In this document: positions 49,974 to 59,013 of the stretch, piece after piece
Layout of the letters: each line of letters starts with the position of its first letter
Position numbering within the stretch: position 1 is the stretch's first letter
Assembly: GCA_963798485.1 (NCBI GenBank)
Contig: CAWCTR010000023.1
Location: 73,863 to 137,862 of the forward strand
Length of the DNA stretch: 64,000 nucleotides
Source: an uncultured delta proteobacterium
Lineage (GTDB): Bacteria > Desulfobacterota > Desulfomonilia > UBA1062
Reading direction: 5' to 3'
The notes under the pieces: generated by a model
Told to the model about the DNA's origin: nothing
Seen by the model: only the letters and a program-made list of their open reading frames with translations
Database searches by the model: none
Position numbers and translations under genes: made by a program

Positions 49974-51191
49974 TCATGAGCGGTTCATGGACAAGAGCAT
50001 GTAGACCACGTCAGCCACGCGAGCGGCCAAAAGCGGTGGAACGGCGTTGCCGATCTGCTTTGCTATCTCAATCTTCGAACCCATGAATATGAAATCATCG
50101 GGAAAGGATTGCAGCCTTGCCGCCTCACGGTGCGTTATGGGGCGATGCTGCTCGGGATGCAGGTATCGACCCTTCTCGGGCTTGAAGAACTCGGTCCTGA
50201 TGGTAAAAGCCGGCTTGTTCCACCAGAGCCTCCCGAAGAGGTCGGTGCCGCCGGACTTCTTCCGGATCCGACATGCAGGGGTCATCTCGGGCGCCTTCTT
50301 CTGCAGATCGAACCGATTCATTCCTTCCTTGGGTATGGCCTTGTACCTGGCAAGGCTCATAGGTGTGGGGGAACGCCCGAAGTGGAGGTCGAACGGCGGA
50401 TCTTCATTGCGGATCTCAGTACCCACGGGTGAGGGCAGATCGCCTATCAGATCCCGAACGGTCCGCCATCTCTCCGAGTTCGGAAGATATCCGTTGTTTT
50501 TCGTATCGAGTAGAGAGACTTGAACCGCTCCTTTCGAGGGGTCGAAATGAGTCTTCCTGGGGGGGAAGACCAGGGCCGGATTGAAAAACGTACAGCCGAT
50601 GATGAACGCCCTTTTCCTTGTTTGGGGAACGCCGTAGTTCGCTGCGCAAAGAACATCGCTCCACACGTGAAAGCCGGCCTCCTCGGCCATACCGATGATC
50701 TCTCCGTGCTCGAAAGAGCCTAACAACTGCGGGACGTTCTCCATGACGAAGATTTTGGCCTTGGATCGCTTGACCACTTCGAAATATGGGCGCCAGAGTT
50801 CTTTCCGTGGGTCCGCTTCACGATTTTTATTCAGCAGGCTGAATCCCTGGCACGGTGGACCGCCGATGACAACATCGGCCTCGGGGATATGTGTTGCAGG
50901 GTCGTTCAGAATGTCCACGATGTCGCCGGAGATGCAGTGGTCGCCGAAGTTCTGGTTGTATGTGCGGACGCAGAATGCATTGAAGTCGTTTGCCCATATG
51001 GACACGAAGGCATGCCCGAACCTTTTGGAAAACCCTAGGCTCATGCCGCCTGCACCTGAGAACACGTCAATCAGACGATAGGGTTTTGACGGCTGAGAAA
51101 GCTCCCCGTTGACCCTGGATTCGTAGACATGTTGTTCCTCCCGAATCAACCAATCATCATAACATCTTTCCTGCACTGCCGGATATTTCAT
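49974..51191 (-). CDS. DNA (cytosine-5) methyltransferase
   Basis: Motifs I FSGAGG, IV GGPPCQGFS, VI ENV, VIII QTRKR, IX REAARLQSFP and X QIGNAVPP. Confidence 0.96.
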   Translation of the reverse strand: MKYPAVQERCYDDWLIREEQHVYESRVNGELSQPSKPYRLIDVFSGAGGMSLGFSKRFGHAFVSIWANDFNAFCVRTYNQNFGDHCISGDIVDILNDPATHIPEADVVIGGPPCQGFSLLNKNREADPRKELWRPYFEVVKRSKAKIFVMENVPQLLGSFEHGEIIGMAEEAGFHVWSDVLCAANYGVPQTRKRAFIIGCTFFNPALVFPPRKTHFDPSKGAVQVSLLDTKNNGYLPNSERWRTVRDLIGDLPSPVGTEIRNEDPPFDLHFGRSPTPMSLARYKAIPKEGMNRFDLQKKAPEMTPACRIRKKSGGTDLFGRLWWNKPAFTIRTEFFKPEKGRYLHPEQHRPITHREAARLQSFPDDFIFMGSKIEIAKQIGNAVPPLLAARVADVVYMLLSMNRS

Positions 51192-51367
51192 GACTTGATA
51201 TTAGCATGAATGGTTTTATACATCCATGCCTAGAACAAAAAAGCCATACGAGGATAAAGTAAAATCAGAAGACACGAACCGTCTCAATAGTCTTCAGCAT
51301 TCCCTCTTTATCTGTTGTATGCCGTGGTTAAACCGACATAATCATGTAAGACCCTAGAAGCCTGCAA

Positions 51368-52436
51368 TTATTTTAAAGTAATGGCCTTCTCAGGGCATAT
51401 TTCCTGGCAGCAAAAACAAGAAATACATATCTCGGAGTCCACTTTGGGGATGTTGCCGTCCATAGATAATGCGGAGACGGGACATTGGTCTACGCAGGTG
51501 CCGCACCCTGTGCACAGCTCAGGATCTGCTTGCGGCCGCATAATCATGCGATTGTGTATCATTGCCTGCATGGCTTCGTTGTGCAGAACTATTTCTCCGT
51601 CAAAGGGGGGCAGCTTGAATCCCGGGAGCTGTTTCAACTCGCCTATGACCTCGATCGTACCCAGGTCGTAATCCCCCAGGCCAACCTCTTTAGCCTTCCG
51701 GAGGAAGCGCAGTTTACTCGGTTCACACCCCATCATGGTCGCTATGACGGCATCCAGGGCTACCGCATTATCCGAGGCCAGGACCAGGCCGATGTCTCTC
51801 AGATCAGGAGAAGCCGGGCCATTCCCCTCCATACCGACAACGGCGTCCACGATGAAAAGATCGGGCACCCGAAGCCGGAATACATCCACCAGCATTTCAT
51901 GGAACCGTCCGGCATTACCGGACGCCTTGTGCAGCATGGCCTTCTGGGCCCCGGGCAAAAAGCCATAACTGTTCTTGATGCACCCGGTCATGACCGTTAA
52001 GCCGTGTGTCTTGAATTTCGGCAAGCTGATGATGATATCCGCATCCAGCACAGCCTTCGACACACTTACGACCGGGGAGAATGCCCTGTTGAAAGGGACC
52101 TTTTTCGAATCGTTCCCGATGTTACGGTAATAACCCTTGGCCGCTTCCATGAGCCCTGTCTTTTGAAAGCTGTCTTCATTGGCCCCATAATTGAAAAGGC
52201 CCGGGTTATCTCCCACAACGAGGCCTGCAGGTTTGAGGGTTTCCACTTTTTCCACCACTGCACGAAGGACTGTAGGATGGGTGGCGATCCCTTCTTGCGG
52301 CAATAGAAGCCCGAAGGACATTGGGCTTAATAAGCACCCGTTTATCGTTTATTTTTATAGGGAAGAGCTCAAAGGCTTGGTCTACAGCCTGGCGGACACT
52401 TTCATAAGTTGCAGGATGGATCATTACCTTCGCCAT
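51368..52436 (-). pseudogene. DUF362 + 2x[4Fe-4S] protein, interrupted by a frameshift near 52304
   Basis: N-terminus MAKV...VLIKPNVLRAS is in one frame; EGIATHP, SLPKFKTH, KN, GMEGNGP and two CxxCxxCxxxCP motifs are in another. Removing one base rejoins them. Confidence 0.85.
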
Positions 52437-52458
52437 TGTCTGTGCCTCCCTTTTCAGC

Positions 52459-53205
52459 TTAGAGCTGAATCCTGGAGAAAAAATAACTCCCGATCAAGAG
52501 CATGATCGCTGTAAGAACGCCCAGGACGACAAAATCCGTCCCTAATCCAAAAAGGAACCCGTGACTCATGGACCCCCGGAGCCCATCGACCCCGTAAGAA
52601 AGGGGGTTGAGATGTACTGCAATCCTCAATGCCTTTGGAAGGTCCTGAACCGGGAACAGGGCCCCTGAAAAGAAAAAGATCGGCATCACTAAAAAATTCA
52701 TGATGAGAGGAAAGGCATGCAGATCCTCAAGGATCGAACCAATGACGGTTCCCACGGCGGTAAACAAGACGGAAATGAGAAACATAAAGATGAGCGTGAC
52801 CGGCAGGAGCGCTATGTTCTCGATTCGAAAACCTGCAATAAAACATACCAGAAAAACGATGAGTCCTTGAATAAGCGCAACCGCTGCGCCACCCAGGTTT
52901 CTGCCCAAAACGATCTGAAGGCGCGATACAGGTGCGACAAGCGTCTCTTTCAAAAACCCGAATTGGCGGTCCCAGATGATCTCAATACCTGAAAAGACCG
53001 CAGTGAACAGGATTCCCATGGAAATGATGCCAGGGGCCAGGAACTGGATATAATTTCCTCCACCCGCTCTTTCATAAGTCCGGCCAAAACCGAAACCCAG
53101 GGCCACAAGGAACAGCAAGGGCTGACCGAGCGATCCTATAATCCGGGCGCGGGCACGGGCATAGCGTTTCAATTGTCTCAAAGCCAGTATATATATTACT
53201 TCCAT
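52459..53205 (-). CDS. ABC-2 type exporter permease
   Basis: QPLLFL, FLAPGI, DRQFGFLKETLVAPVSR, FFSGALFP and NPLSYGVDGLR motifs. Confidence 0.92.
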   Translation of the reverse strand: MEVIYILALRQLKRYARARARIIGSLGQPLLFLVALGFGFGRTYERAGGGNYIQFLAPGIISMGILFTAVFSGIEIIWDRQFGFLKETLVAPVSRLQIVLGRNLGGAAVALIQGLIVFLVCFIAGFRIENIALLPVTLIFMFLISVLFTAVGTVIGSILEDLHAFPLIMNFLVMPIFFFSGALFPVQDLPKALRIAVHLNPLSYGVDGLRGSMSHGFLFGLGTDFVVLGVLTAIMLLIGSYFFSRIQL

Positions 53206-53990
53206 TACCTCCCCCACACCTTTCCTATCGTTCTCATTCTGTCCGTGGAAGATGCCTCCTCATCCCGAATCGCATACCCTGTTAAGGCAATGAATGCTTC
53301 TTCAAGCGATTGGGTTTGGGTTTTCTCCTTCAGTGCTGTGGGCGTACCTTGTGTAATAATTTTTCCTTGATCGATAACGGCAAGTTCATCTGCGACACGC
53401 TCTGCTTCCTCCATATAATGGGTGGTAAAGAAAATCGTGATATTCTGTTCTTTGTTTAACAGACGAATGTAATTCCATATATGCATTCGTGTTTGAGGGT
53501 CAAGACCCAGCGTCGGTTCATCAAGAAAGAGGATCTTGGGTATATGCAGGAGTGCACGGGCAATTTCAAGCCGTCGTTTCATGCCGCCTGAGAAGTTCTT
53601 TACAAAATCCTTCCTGCGGTCCCATAGTTCGACAAACTTGAGCAACTCATCAATTCTGTGCTTTCTTTCCTTTGAAGGAACGCCGTAGAGAACACCATGC
53701 AGCTCAAGATTTTCCGATGCCGTTAATTCGCTGTCTAAACTCGGATCTTGAAAGACAATCCCAAACGAGCTCCGTACCTGGTGCTGATCGTGTAGAGGAT
53801 CATGCCCATCCACCAGGATTATCCCGCTGGTCGGCTTCAAAATAGTTGTGAGCATCTTGATGGTAGTCGTCTTACCTGCACCATTGGGCCCGAGAAAACC
53901 AAAGATTTTTCCTGTGGCAACATTGAAGGAAATATGGTTTACGGCGCAGAACTCTCCGTAGTTTTTCACAAGATCACGGACTTCAATCAT
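53205..53990 (-). CDS. ABC exporter ATP-binding protein (DrrA-like)
   Basis: GPNGAGKT, FSGGMKRRLEIAR, LDEPT.GLD and TTHYMEEA; start placed at MIEVRDLV. Confidence 0.92.
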   Translation of the reverse strand: MIEVRDLVKNYGEFCAVNHISFNVATGKIFGFLGPNGAGKTTTIKMLTTILKPTSGIILVDGHDPLHDQHQVRSSFGIVFQDPSLDSELTASENLELHGVLYGVPSKERKHRIDELLKFVELWDRRKDFVKNFSGGMKRRLEIARALLHIPKILFLDEPTLGLDPQTRMHIWNYIRLLNKEQNITIFFTTHYMEEAERVADELAVIDQGKIITQGTPTALKEKTQTQSLEEAFIALTGYAIRDEEASSTDRMRTIGKVWGR

Positions 53991-54057
53991 ATCAGTTACC
54001 TTCAAATTACTGGCTGCGCCCTGTAATATTCTCCCGGTACTGGTGAAAATACCCCTG

Positions 54058-55518
54058 TCAAGATGATACATCCTTGCCTCGCCTTGGGCGAAGCCGGTAT
54101 GCACGAAGAAGCAGTGCGATAGCAAACCATCCGCTTATTGCTGCAAACGGTACTGCGACCCATTCCGGACTGAGTACGGCCAGCACGGCAAGTACAAGGA
54201 GTATTACGCCTGCGCTGAGTGTGATCTTCGCCTCTGCAGGACCGAGTGTCCGGCGGTTGCTGATAGCAGCCTCAACCACACTGCCGACCCTGATGACCCC
54301 GACCCCTGCGCGTCCGATGCTCCCTTGGGCGCGTCCCCTCATGCGGGGGGGCCTTTTGGGCCGTTCCTGCGCCAGGCTCACCTTGTTTCTCCCGCTTAAG
54401 ACAATCTCCGTAGAGCGCGCTAGGTCCTCTATATACATCCGCTCCATGGACTGGGCGAAGGCCTCGTCTTCCACTGCCACATCGAGTTCGTAATTTCCGA
54501 GCCAGCTTGAAAGGTTGAGGTTCGTGGACCCGATCCTGGCCCACCTGCCGTCGGCCACTGCGGTCTTGGCATGGAGCATGGCCCCGTTCCATTCAAAGAC
54601 CCTGACCCCGGCCTCCAGCAAAGGCTGGTATCCTGCCCTTGACAGTGCCCGCAATATCGGTATGTCTGTTGTTCCCGGCACGAGGAGCCTAACATCCACC
54701 CCGTCTTTGGCCGCGGCACCTAAGGCCTGCACGTATGGGGCTATGCCGACAAAGTAGGCATCTGTCAGCCACAGTGACTCTCGGGCCACTGATGCAATCA
54801 TTTGATCCAGACGGTACAGGCCTGCGGTGTTGGGAACACTTGCCACCACGCGTAGTGTCACATCGCCTGCAGGATGAATTGTGCTCCTGTCGGGTATCTC
54901 ATCTTCGGGCAGCGGGGTGCCCATGGTAGACCATACATCGGCAAAGGCATGTTCGATATCCGCTACCGCAGGACCCTTCACCAAAACACCTGTGTCCCGC
55001 CACGGCTCGATAGAGCGCCCCGGAAAGCCGGCCCACATACGGCCTACGCATAGGCCGGTAACAAAGCCGATTGTGGAGTCGACCACGATCATCTTGCGGT
55101 GGTCCCGGCTCAGCCAGCTCAAAGGATGGTCAAAGCGCGGCGGGTTGAAGCATCGCACCTCTACACCGGCAGACTTGAGCCTCTCCCAGAAGTGGTTGGA
55201 TGTCTTTCCCGCAGAGCCCAGCCAGTCATAGATAAGTTTTACACGAACCCCTTCCCTGGCCTTGGAGGCTAATACTTCAGCGAACCGGTTACCGATATCG
55301 TCCTCGGTTATGATGTAGCTCTCGAAATGGATACACTTTTCAGCAGATCGCATGGCATCGAGCCAGGCAGGGTAGTTCTCGAGGGCGTCTTTGAGGATTT
55401 GAACACTGTTCCCTGCTATGAGTGGGGCCCCTGCAGCCCTTGAAAAGGCCTGCTCTGCGAGCAGGCGGACATATGGATTCGCCTCTCGCGACGGACGCTG
55501 TGTAGAATGACGGTTCAT
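54058..55518 (-). CDS. cls: Cardiolipin synthase / phospholipase D family protein
   Basis: Two HKD motifs ([16 protein letters not shown]), WRDT and GSTNL; C-terminal TM hairpin. Confidence 0.9.
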   Translation of the reverse strand: MNRHSTQRPSREANPYVRLLAEQAFSRAAGAPLIAGNSVQILKDALENYPAWLDAMRSAEKCIHFESYIITEDDIGNRFAEVLASKAREGVRVKLIYDWLGSAGKTSNHFWERLKSAGVEVRCFNPPRFDHPLSWLSRDHRKMIVVDSTIGFVTGLCVGRMWAGFPGRSIEPWRDTGVLVKGPAVADIEHAFADVWSTMGTPLPEDEIPDRSTIHPAGDVTLRVVASVPNTAGLYRLDQMIASVARESLWLTDAYFVGIAPYVQALGAAAKDGVDVRLLVPGTTDIPILRALSRAGYQPLLEAGVRVFEWNGAMLHAKTAVADGRWARIGSTNLNLSSWLGNYELDVAVEDEAFAQSMERMYIEDLARSTEIVLSGRNKVSLAQERPKRPPRMRGRAQGSIGRAGVGVIRVGSVVEAAISNRRTLGPAEAKITLSAGVILLVLAVLAVLSPEWVAVPFAAISGWFAIALLLRAYRLRPRRGKDVSS

Positions 55519-55716
55519 AGAAATAATATCTAACAGGGCAGGCCCGGTACGTCCATATATTTGCTATGGAGGGGAAAGCAGCGCAGGTATCATGATATAA
55601 TTATGAAGTGTATATTCTTGTAAACAAAAGATACATGCCTGTAATGAAATTAAACAGCCGTCAGGCAATTGCCCTGCGCATTAGTTAAAAAAGATAATAA
55701 TATCAGCTAGTAAAAA

Positions 55717-55732
55717 TTGGCACTCTCTTTGC
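55717..55732 (+). promoter_or_regulatory. Sigma54 (-24/-12) promoter
   Basis: TTGGCAC-TCTCT-TTGC, an exact consensus match upstream of the response regulator. Confidence 0.8.
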
Positions 55733-55822
55733 CTAAGAAAATCCAGGAACCATTCGAGAGGTGAACAAAAGGTATGCCCACTATTATCAGCTCAGTGACA
55801 GATCATATTGAGGAGGAAATAC

Positions 55823-56344
55823 ATGTCTCAGTCTCAATCAAATGATAAATATCAGCAGCTTTCATTGTCTGAAGAATGTTTTTCAGAGTCCTCACCAAGC
55901 GTCTTGTTGGCTGAGGCGGATAAAGAGGTACGCAAGCTCCTTAAATATTCTCTTACCAAGTGTGGGTATTTCGTCATCGAATGCTCGCATGGAATAGAGT
56001 TAATGAGCCGGCTCGGCACATTCGCAACGGCCGATAAGCCAGACAAGGTGGACCTGATTATTACCGACATCCGCATGCCGGGCATTTCCGGTATAGAGAT
56101 CTTCAAAGGGATAAAGAATGAAGGAGGGTTCCCGCCGTTCATCCTGATTTCGGCATCAAGAGATAGGGTTCTCCGCAATCAGGCAAAAAGATTTGGGGTG
56201 GTATCGATATTCAACGATCCCTTCGATGTGGATGAGCTGCTCGTAAAGGTCATGAAGCTTGTGCCGCCGGAATCACACGGAATAAATAACGGGTCCGGAT
56301 TCATCAATCGAACCGGAAAAGATGGCCGCAACGACTACAATTGA
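55823..56344 (+). CDS. Atypical single-domain response regulator
   Basis: VLLAEAD, DLIITDIRMPG and ISA; NDPFD where KPF is canonical; GAGGAGG RBS. Confidence 0.82.
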   Translation: MSQSQSNDKYQQLSLSEECFSESSPSVLLAEADKEVRKLLKYSLTKCGYFVIECSHGIELMSRLGTFATADKPDKVDLIITDIRMPGISGIEIFKGIKNEGGFPPFILISASRDRVLRNQAKRFGVVSIFNDPFDVDELLVKVMKLVPPESHGINNGSGFINRTGKDGRNDYN

Positions 56345-56597
56345 ACTGAGGAGGCTTGAATGCAGGTGATACCTGGACTATCCGGCCACAACCGTTGCAG
56401 GTAAAGCTTTGCCAGGCCCCGGGGACCCTTGTCTCTTCCTGATGTTCCTTAATCAGGGCCTCAGTCTTAGCCTTCTCATGCTCCTCTGTTTGCCCGGATC
56501 TTGAGAAGGTAACCGTATTGGTCAGGTCAATTTTGCGACGGCCTAACTCGCGGTAGGTGACAACTTTTTCGAAATTTGCAACCGGCTCCGTTGCAAT
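56304..56597 (-). CDS. Putative small zinc-ribbon protein (start uncertain)
   Basis: Open frame ending WQSFTCNGCGRIVQVSPAFKPPQFNCSRCGHLF with two CxxC; fills the gap after the sigma54 regulator. Confidence 0.5.
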   Translation of the reverse strand: MATEPVANFEKVVTYRELGRRKIDLTNTVTFSRSGQTEEHEKAKTEALIKEHQEETRVPGAWQSFTCNGCGRIVQVSPAFKPPQFNCSRCGHLFRFD

Positions 56598-56604
56598 ATT
56601 TCTA

Positions 56605-57960
56605 TCACTCTTTTTTATCCATCTTTCGGTACAGCGTCCTTGTTGATATGCCCAGCAGCTTGGATGCCAGGCCCTTGTCGCCCTTTGTGCGCTTAAGGGT
56701 CTCTTCCATGAGGATGCGTTCCACCTCCTCCATGGGTGTGCCAAGGGGGATGGTTACGGATTCCATGGCCGGGATGCTCTCCGAGAGGATATCTGCAGGC
56801 AGGTCATCGGCGCCGATGATGCCGTCCCGGTCGAGTACTACGCTGCGTTCGATTACATTTTCCAGCTCCCTGACATTCCCCGGCCATTCATAGCCTAAGA
56901 GGATCTCCATGGCCTTGGATTCGAGGCCCTTCATTTCCTTGCCGTTCTTTCGGGAAAACCGGTTGATGAAGTGCTGGACCAGGTTAGGGATATCCTCCCT
57001 GCGGTCCTTTAAAGAGGGGAGCTGCAGCGAGATGACGTTCAGTCTCCAATAGAGGTCTTCGCGGAACTGTCCCTGCTTCACCATGGCGGCAAGGTCCTTG
57101 TTGGTGGCCGCGATGATGCGGACATCCACCTTGACGGTCTTATTGCTGCCGAGCCTTTCAAAGGTCTCCTCCTGGAGGATCCGCAGGAGCTTTACCTGCA
57201 CCGCAGGCGGGACTTCGCCGATCTCATCTAAGAAGATGCTGGATTTGTCCGCAGCCTCGAAGCGCCCCTCTTTTCTACCGGCAGCTCCGGTGAACGCGCC
57301 TTTTTCATAGCCGAAAAGTTCTGACTCAATGAGCGTCTCAGGGATGGCGGCGCAGTTAACCTTGACCATGGGGCGCTCAGCCCTGGGCGAGAACTTGTGG
57401 ATCATGTCGGCAATCACTTCCTTGCCCGTGCCGGAGCCGCCCATGATGAGGATGGTGGCCTGGCTCGGGGCCACCTGGTGCACGATCTCAACCAGTTTCT
57501 TCATCTTGGGGCTTGCTGTCTCGACAAGAGGGGTCGATTCAATGGCCTCGATGCGTTCCTTCATCCTGACGTTGTCCATGGTGAGGACCTGCTTCTCGAT
57601 GGCCTTGCCGACCGCCTTTAAAATATCCGCCTTCTTGAAGGGCTTGGTGATATAGTCGTAGGCCCCTTGCTTCATAGAGTCTACCGCGGTGTCCACCGAG
57701 GCATAGCCCGTGATCATAATGACCTCGGTGTAGGGGGATATGGACTTACATACCTTGAGCAGCTCAAGCCCGTCCATGCCGGCCATGCGGATGTCCGAGA
57801 TGAGCAGGTCGATGTCGCTGCCCCGTATGAGCTTGAAGGCCTCTTCTCCGTTGGAGGCGGTCACCACGTCAAACCCCTCTTTTTCAAGGATCTTCTTCAG
57901 GGACTGCCTGATGCCTATTTCGTCATCAACGACCAGGATCTTTTTTGTCAGGCTGCTCAC
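56605..57960 (-). CDS. NtrC-family sigma54-dependent response regulator
   Basis: REC (VVDDE, SDIRM, KPF), G.SGTGKE, ESELFG.EKGAFTGA, FLDEIGE, WPGNVREL and Fis HTH. Confidence 0.96.
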   Translation of the reverse strand: MSSLTKKILVVDDEIGIRQSLKKILEKEGFDVVTASNGEEAFKLIRGSDIDLLISDIRMAGMDGLELLKVCKSISPYTEVIMITGYASVDTAVDSMKQGAYDYITKPFKKADILKAVGKAIEKQVLTMDNVRMKERIEAIESTPLVETASPKMKKLVEIVHQVAPSQATILIMGGSGTGKEVIADMIHKFSPRAERPMVKVNCAAIPETLIESELFGYEKGAFTGAAGRKEGRFEAADKSSIFLDEIGEVPPAVQVKLLRILQEETFERLGSNKTVKVDVRIIAATNKDLAAMVKQGQFREDLYWRLNVISLQLPSLKDRREDIPNLVQHFINRFSRKNGKEMKGLESKAMEILLGYEWPGNVRELENVIERSVVLDRDGIIGADDLPADILSESIPAMESVTIPLGTPMEEVERILMEETLKRTKGDKGLASKLLGISTRTLYRKMDKKE

Positions 57961-59012
57961 GGCTCAAATGGGTCCTTTTTTTGGGTTTCGATTTTGATTT
58001 TATTCTTGCCTTGTTCTATGGTGATCTCCTCAAAGATGGCCTTCCCTGGAGTAGAAGTTGCGTACACATAGTATTTGCCGGGCTTTATTGATTCGATTGA
58101 AGCCCTGTTCTTTTTCGGATCGATATCTCCCTGGTAGCGGATTGATGCCTTTTTCAACTCGTTCGATCTGGCCTTGAAATCATTGATGGTGCCCTTGGTA
58201 TCACGCTCATAGAGACCCTTGGCGGTTGCAAGCGCCTGGGTTTTTTCTTTATTCTCATCATGTACCCGCACGGATGAGGCCTGGTATGCCCCCAGAACAT
58301 CGGCAAAGGCCTCTTTCACGTCCATGACCTTTGTCTGCCCTTTGTACCCTTTCTGGGACACAAAGTGGATATCAATAACCTCGAAGGAAAATCCGCCCGG
58401 CATGGAGGCCTTGATGCGATTGACGTCCTTGTCCGTGAGTTCGCTTAAGAAGAAGGAAAGGTGTTCGGGGTCACTACCCTGGTTTGTGAGGCTCTCCCCG
58501 GGGGCAAGGCCGGAAATAAGATTCTTGGAGTTGATGAACTCGAGCACGAGCATGGTGGTGATGGGCAGTGGTATATTGCCGATCAGCGGCTTATATATAA
58601 TATCACTGATGATCTTGTCCGAGTTGTTGTGCGCCGTATAGGTGAAGGTAATTTCGCCCAGGGCCGATGCCGTGGTGATCTGTGCATTGGCGGAATGGAT
58701 CGTGACGGAGACCTTGGAGATATATTGCTTCCTCAAGCTATCGATCTTTTCCTTATAAGCCTTGTCGGATTGAGCAACCTGCAGCGCTGATGCCTTCACC
58801 TCGGACTCGAGATTACTTATCTGGTAGCGGTTACTTTCTTCCTTAAGCTGCAATTTCAACCTTTCCTTGAGATGATCCAGCACTGCAAGGGTGCCGGGCG
58901 ATAGGAGCGCAACATCGGAGATGCCCTGGGGGACCGCGAGAACAAGCCTGGCCGGCAAGGCGTTGATGGGGAGCAGGAGCAGGAAACATATGGTGGTCAA
59001 AAGTAATCTCAT
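57957..59012 (-). CDS. Secreted/periplasmic hypothetical protein with coiled-coil segments
   Basis: Signal peptide MRLLLTTICFLLLLPINALPA; starts 1 nt after the kinase stop and overlaps the regulator start. Confidence 0.75.
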   Translation of the reverse strand: MRLLLTTICFLLLLPINALPARLVLAVPQGISDVALLSPGTLAVLDHLKERLKLQLKEESNRYQISNLESEVKASALQVAQSDKAYKEKIDSLRKQYISKVSVTIHSANAQITTASALGEITFTYTAHNNSDKIISDIIYKPLIGNIPLPITTMLVLEFINSKNLISGLAPGESLTNQGSDPEHLSFFLSELTDKDVNRIKASMPGGFSFEVIDIHFVSQKGYKGQTKVMDVKEAFADVLGAYQASSVRVHDENKEKTQALATAKGLYERDTKGTINDFKARSNELKKASIRYQGDIDPKKNRASIESIKPGKYYVYATSTPGKAIFEEITIEQGKNKIKIETQKKDPFEP

Positions 59013-59013
59013 A

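Larger units (their letters stand above)
47951..55600. mobile_element. tRNA-Ser-anchored accessory islet (no integrase seen; right boundary uncertain)
   Basis: Starts at the tRNA 3' end; carries a TA remnant, an R-M operon, a frameshifted gene and REP-like elements. All CDSs are on the minus strand. No attR copy found. Confidence 0.5.

Noticed and set aside
47930-56600. attL/attR duplication of the tRNA-Ser 3' end, or an integrase
   Set aside because: I found no second copy of the tRNA 3' end by eye and no integrase, so this is not called an intact integrative element.
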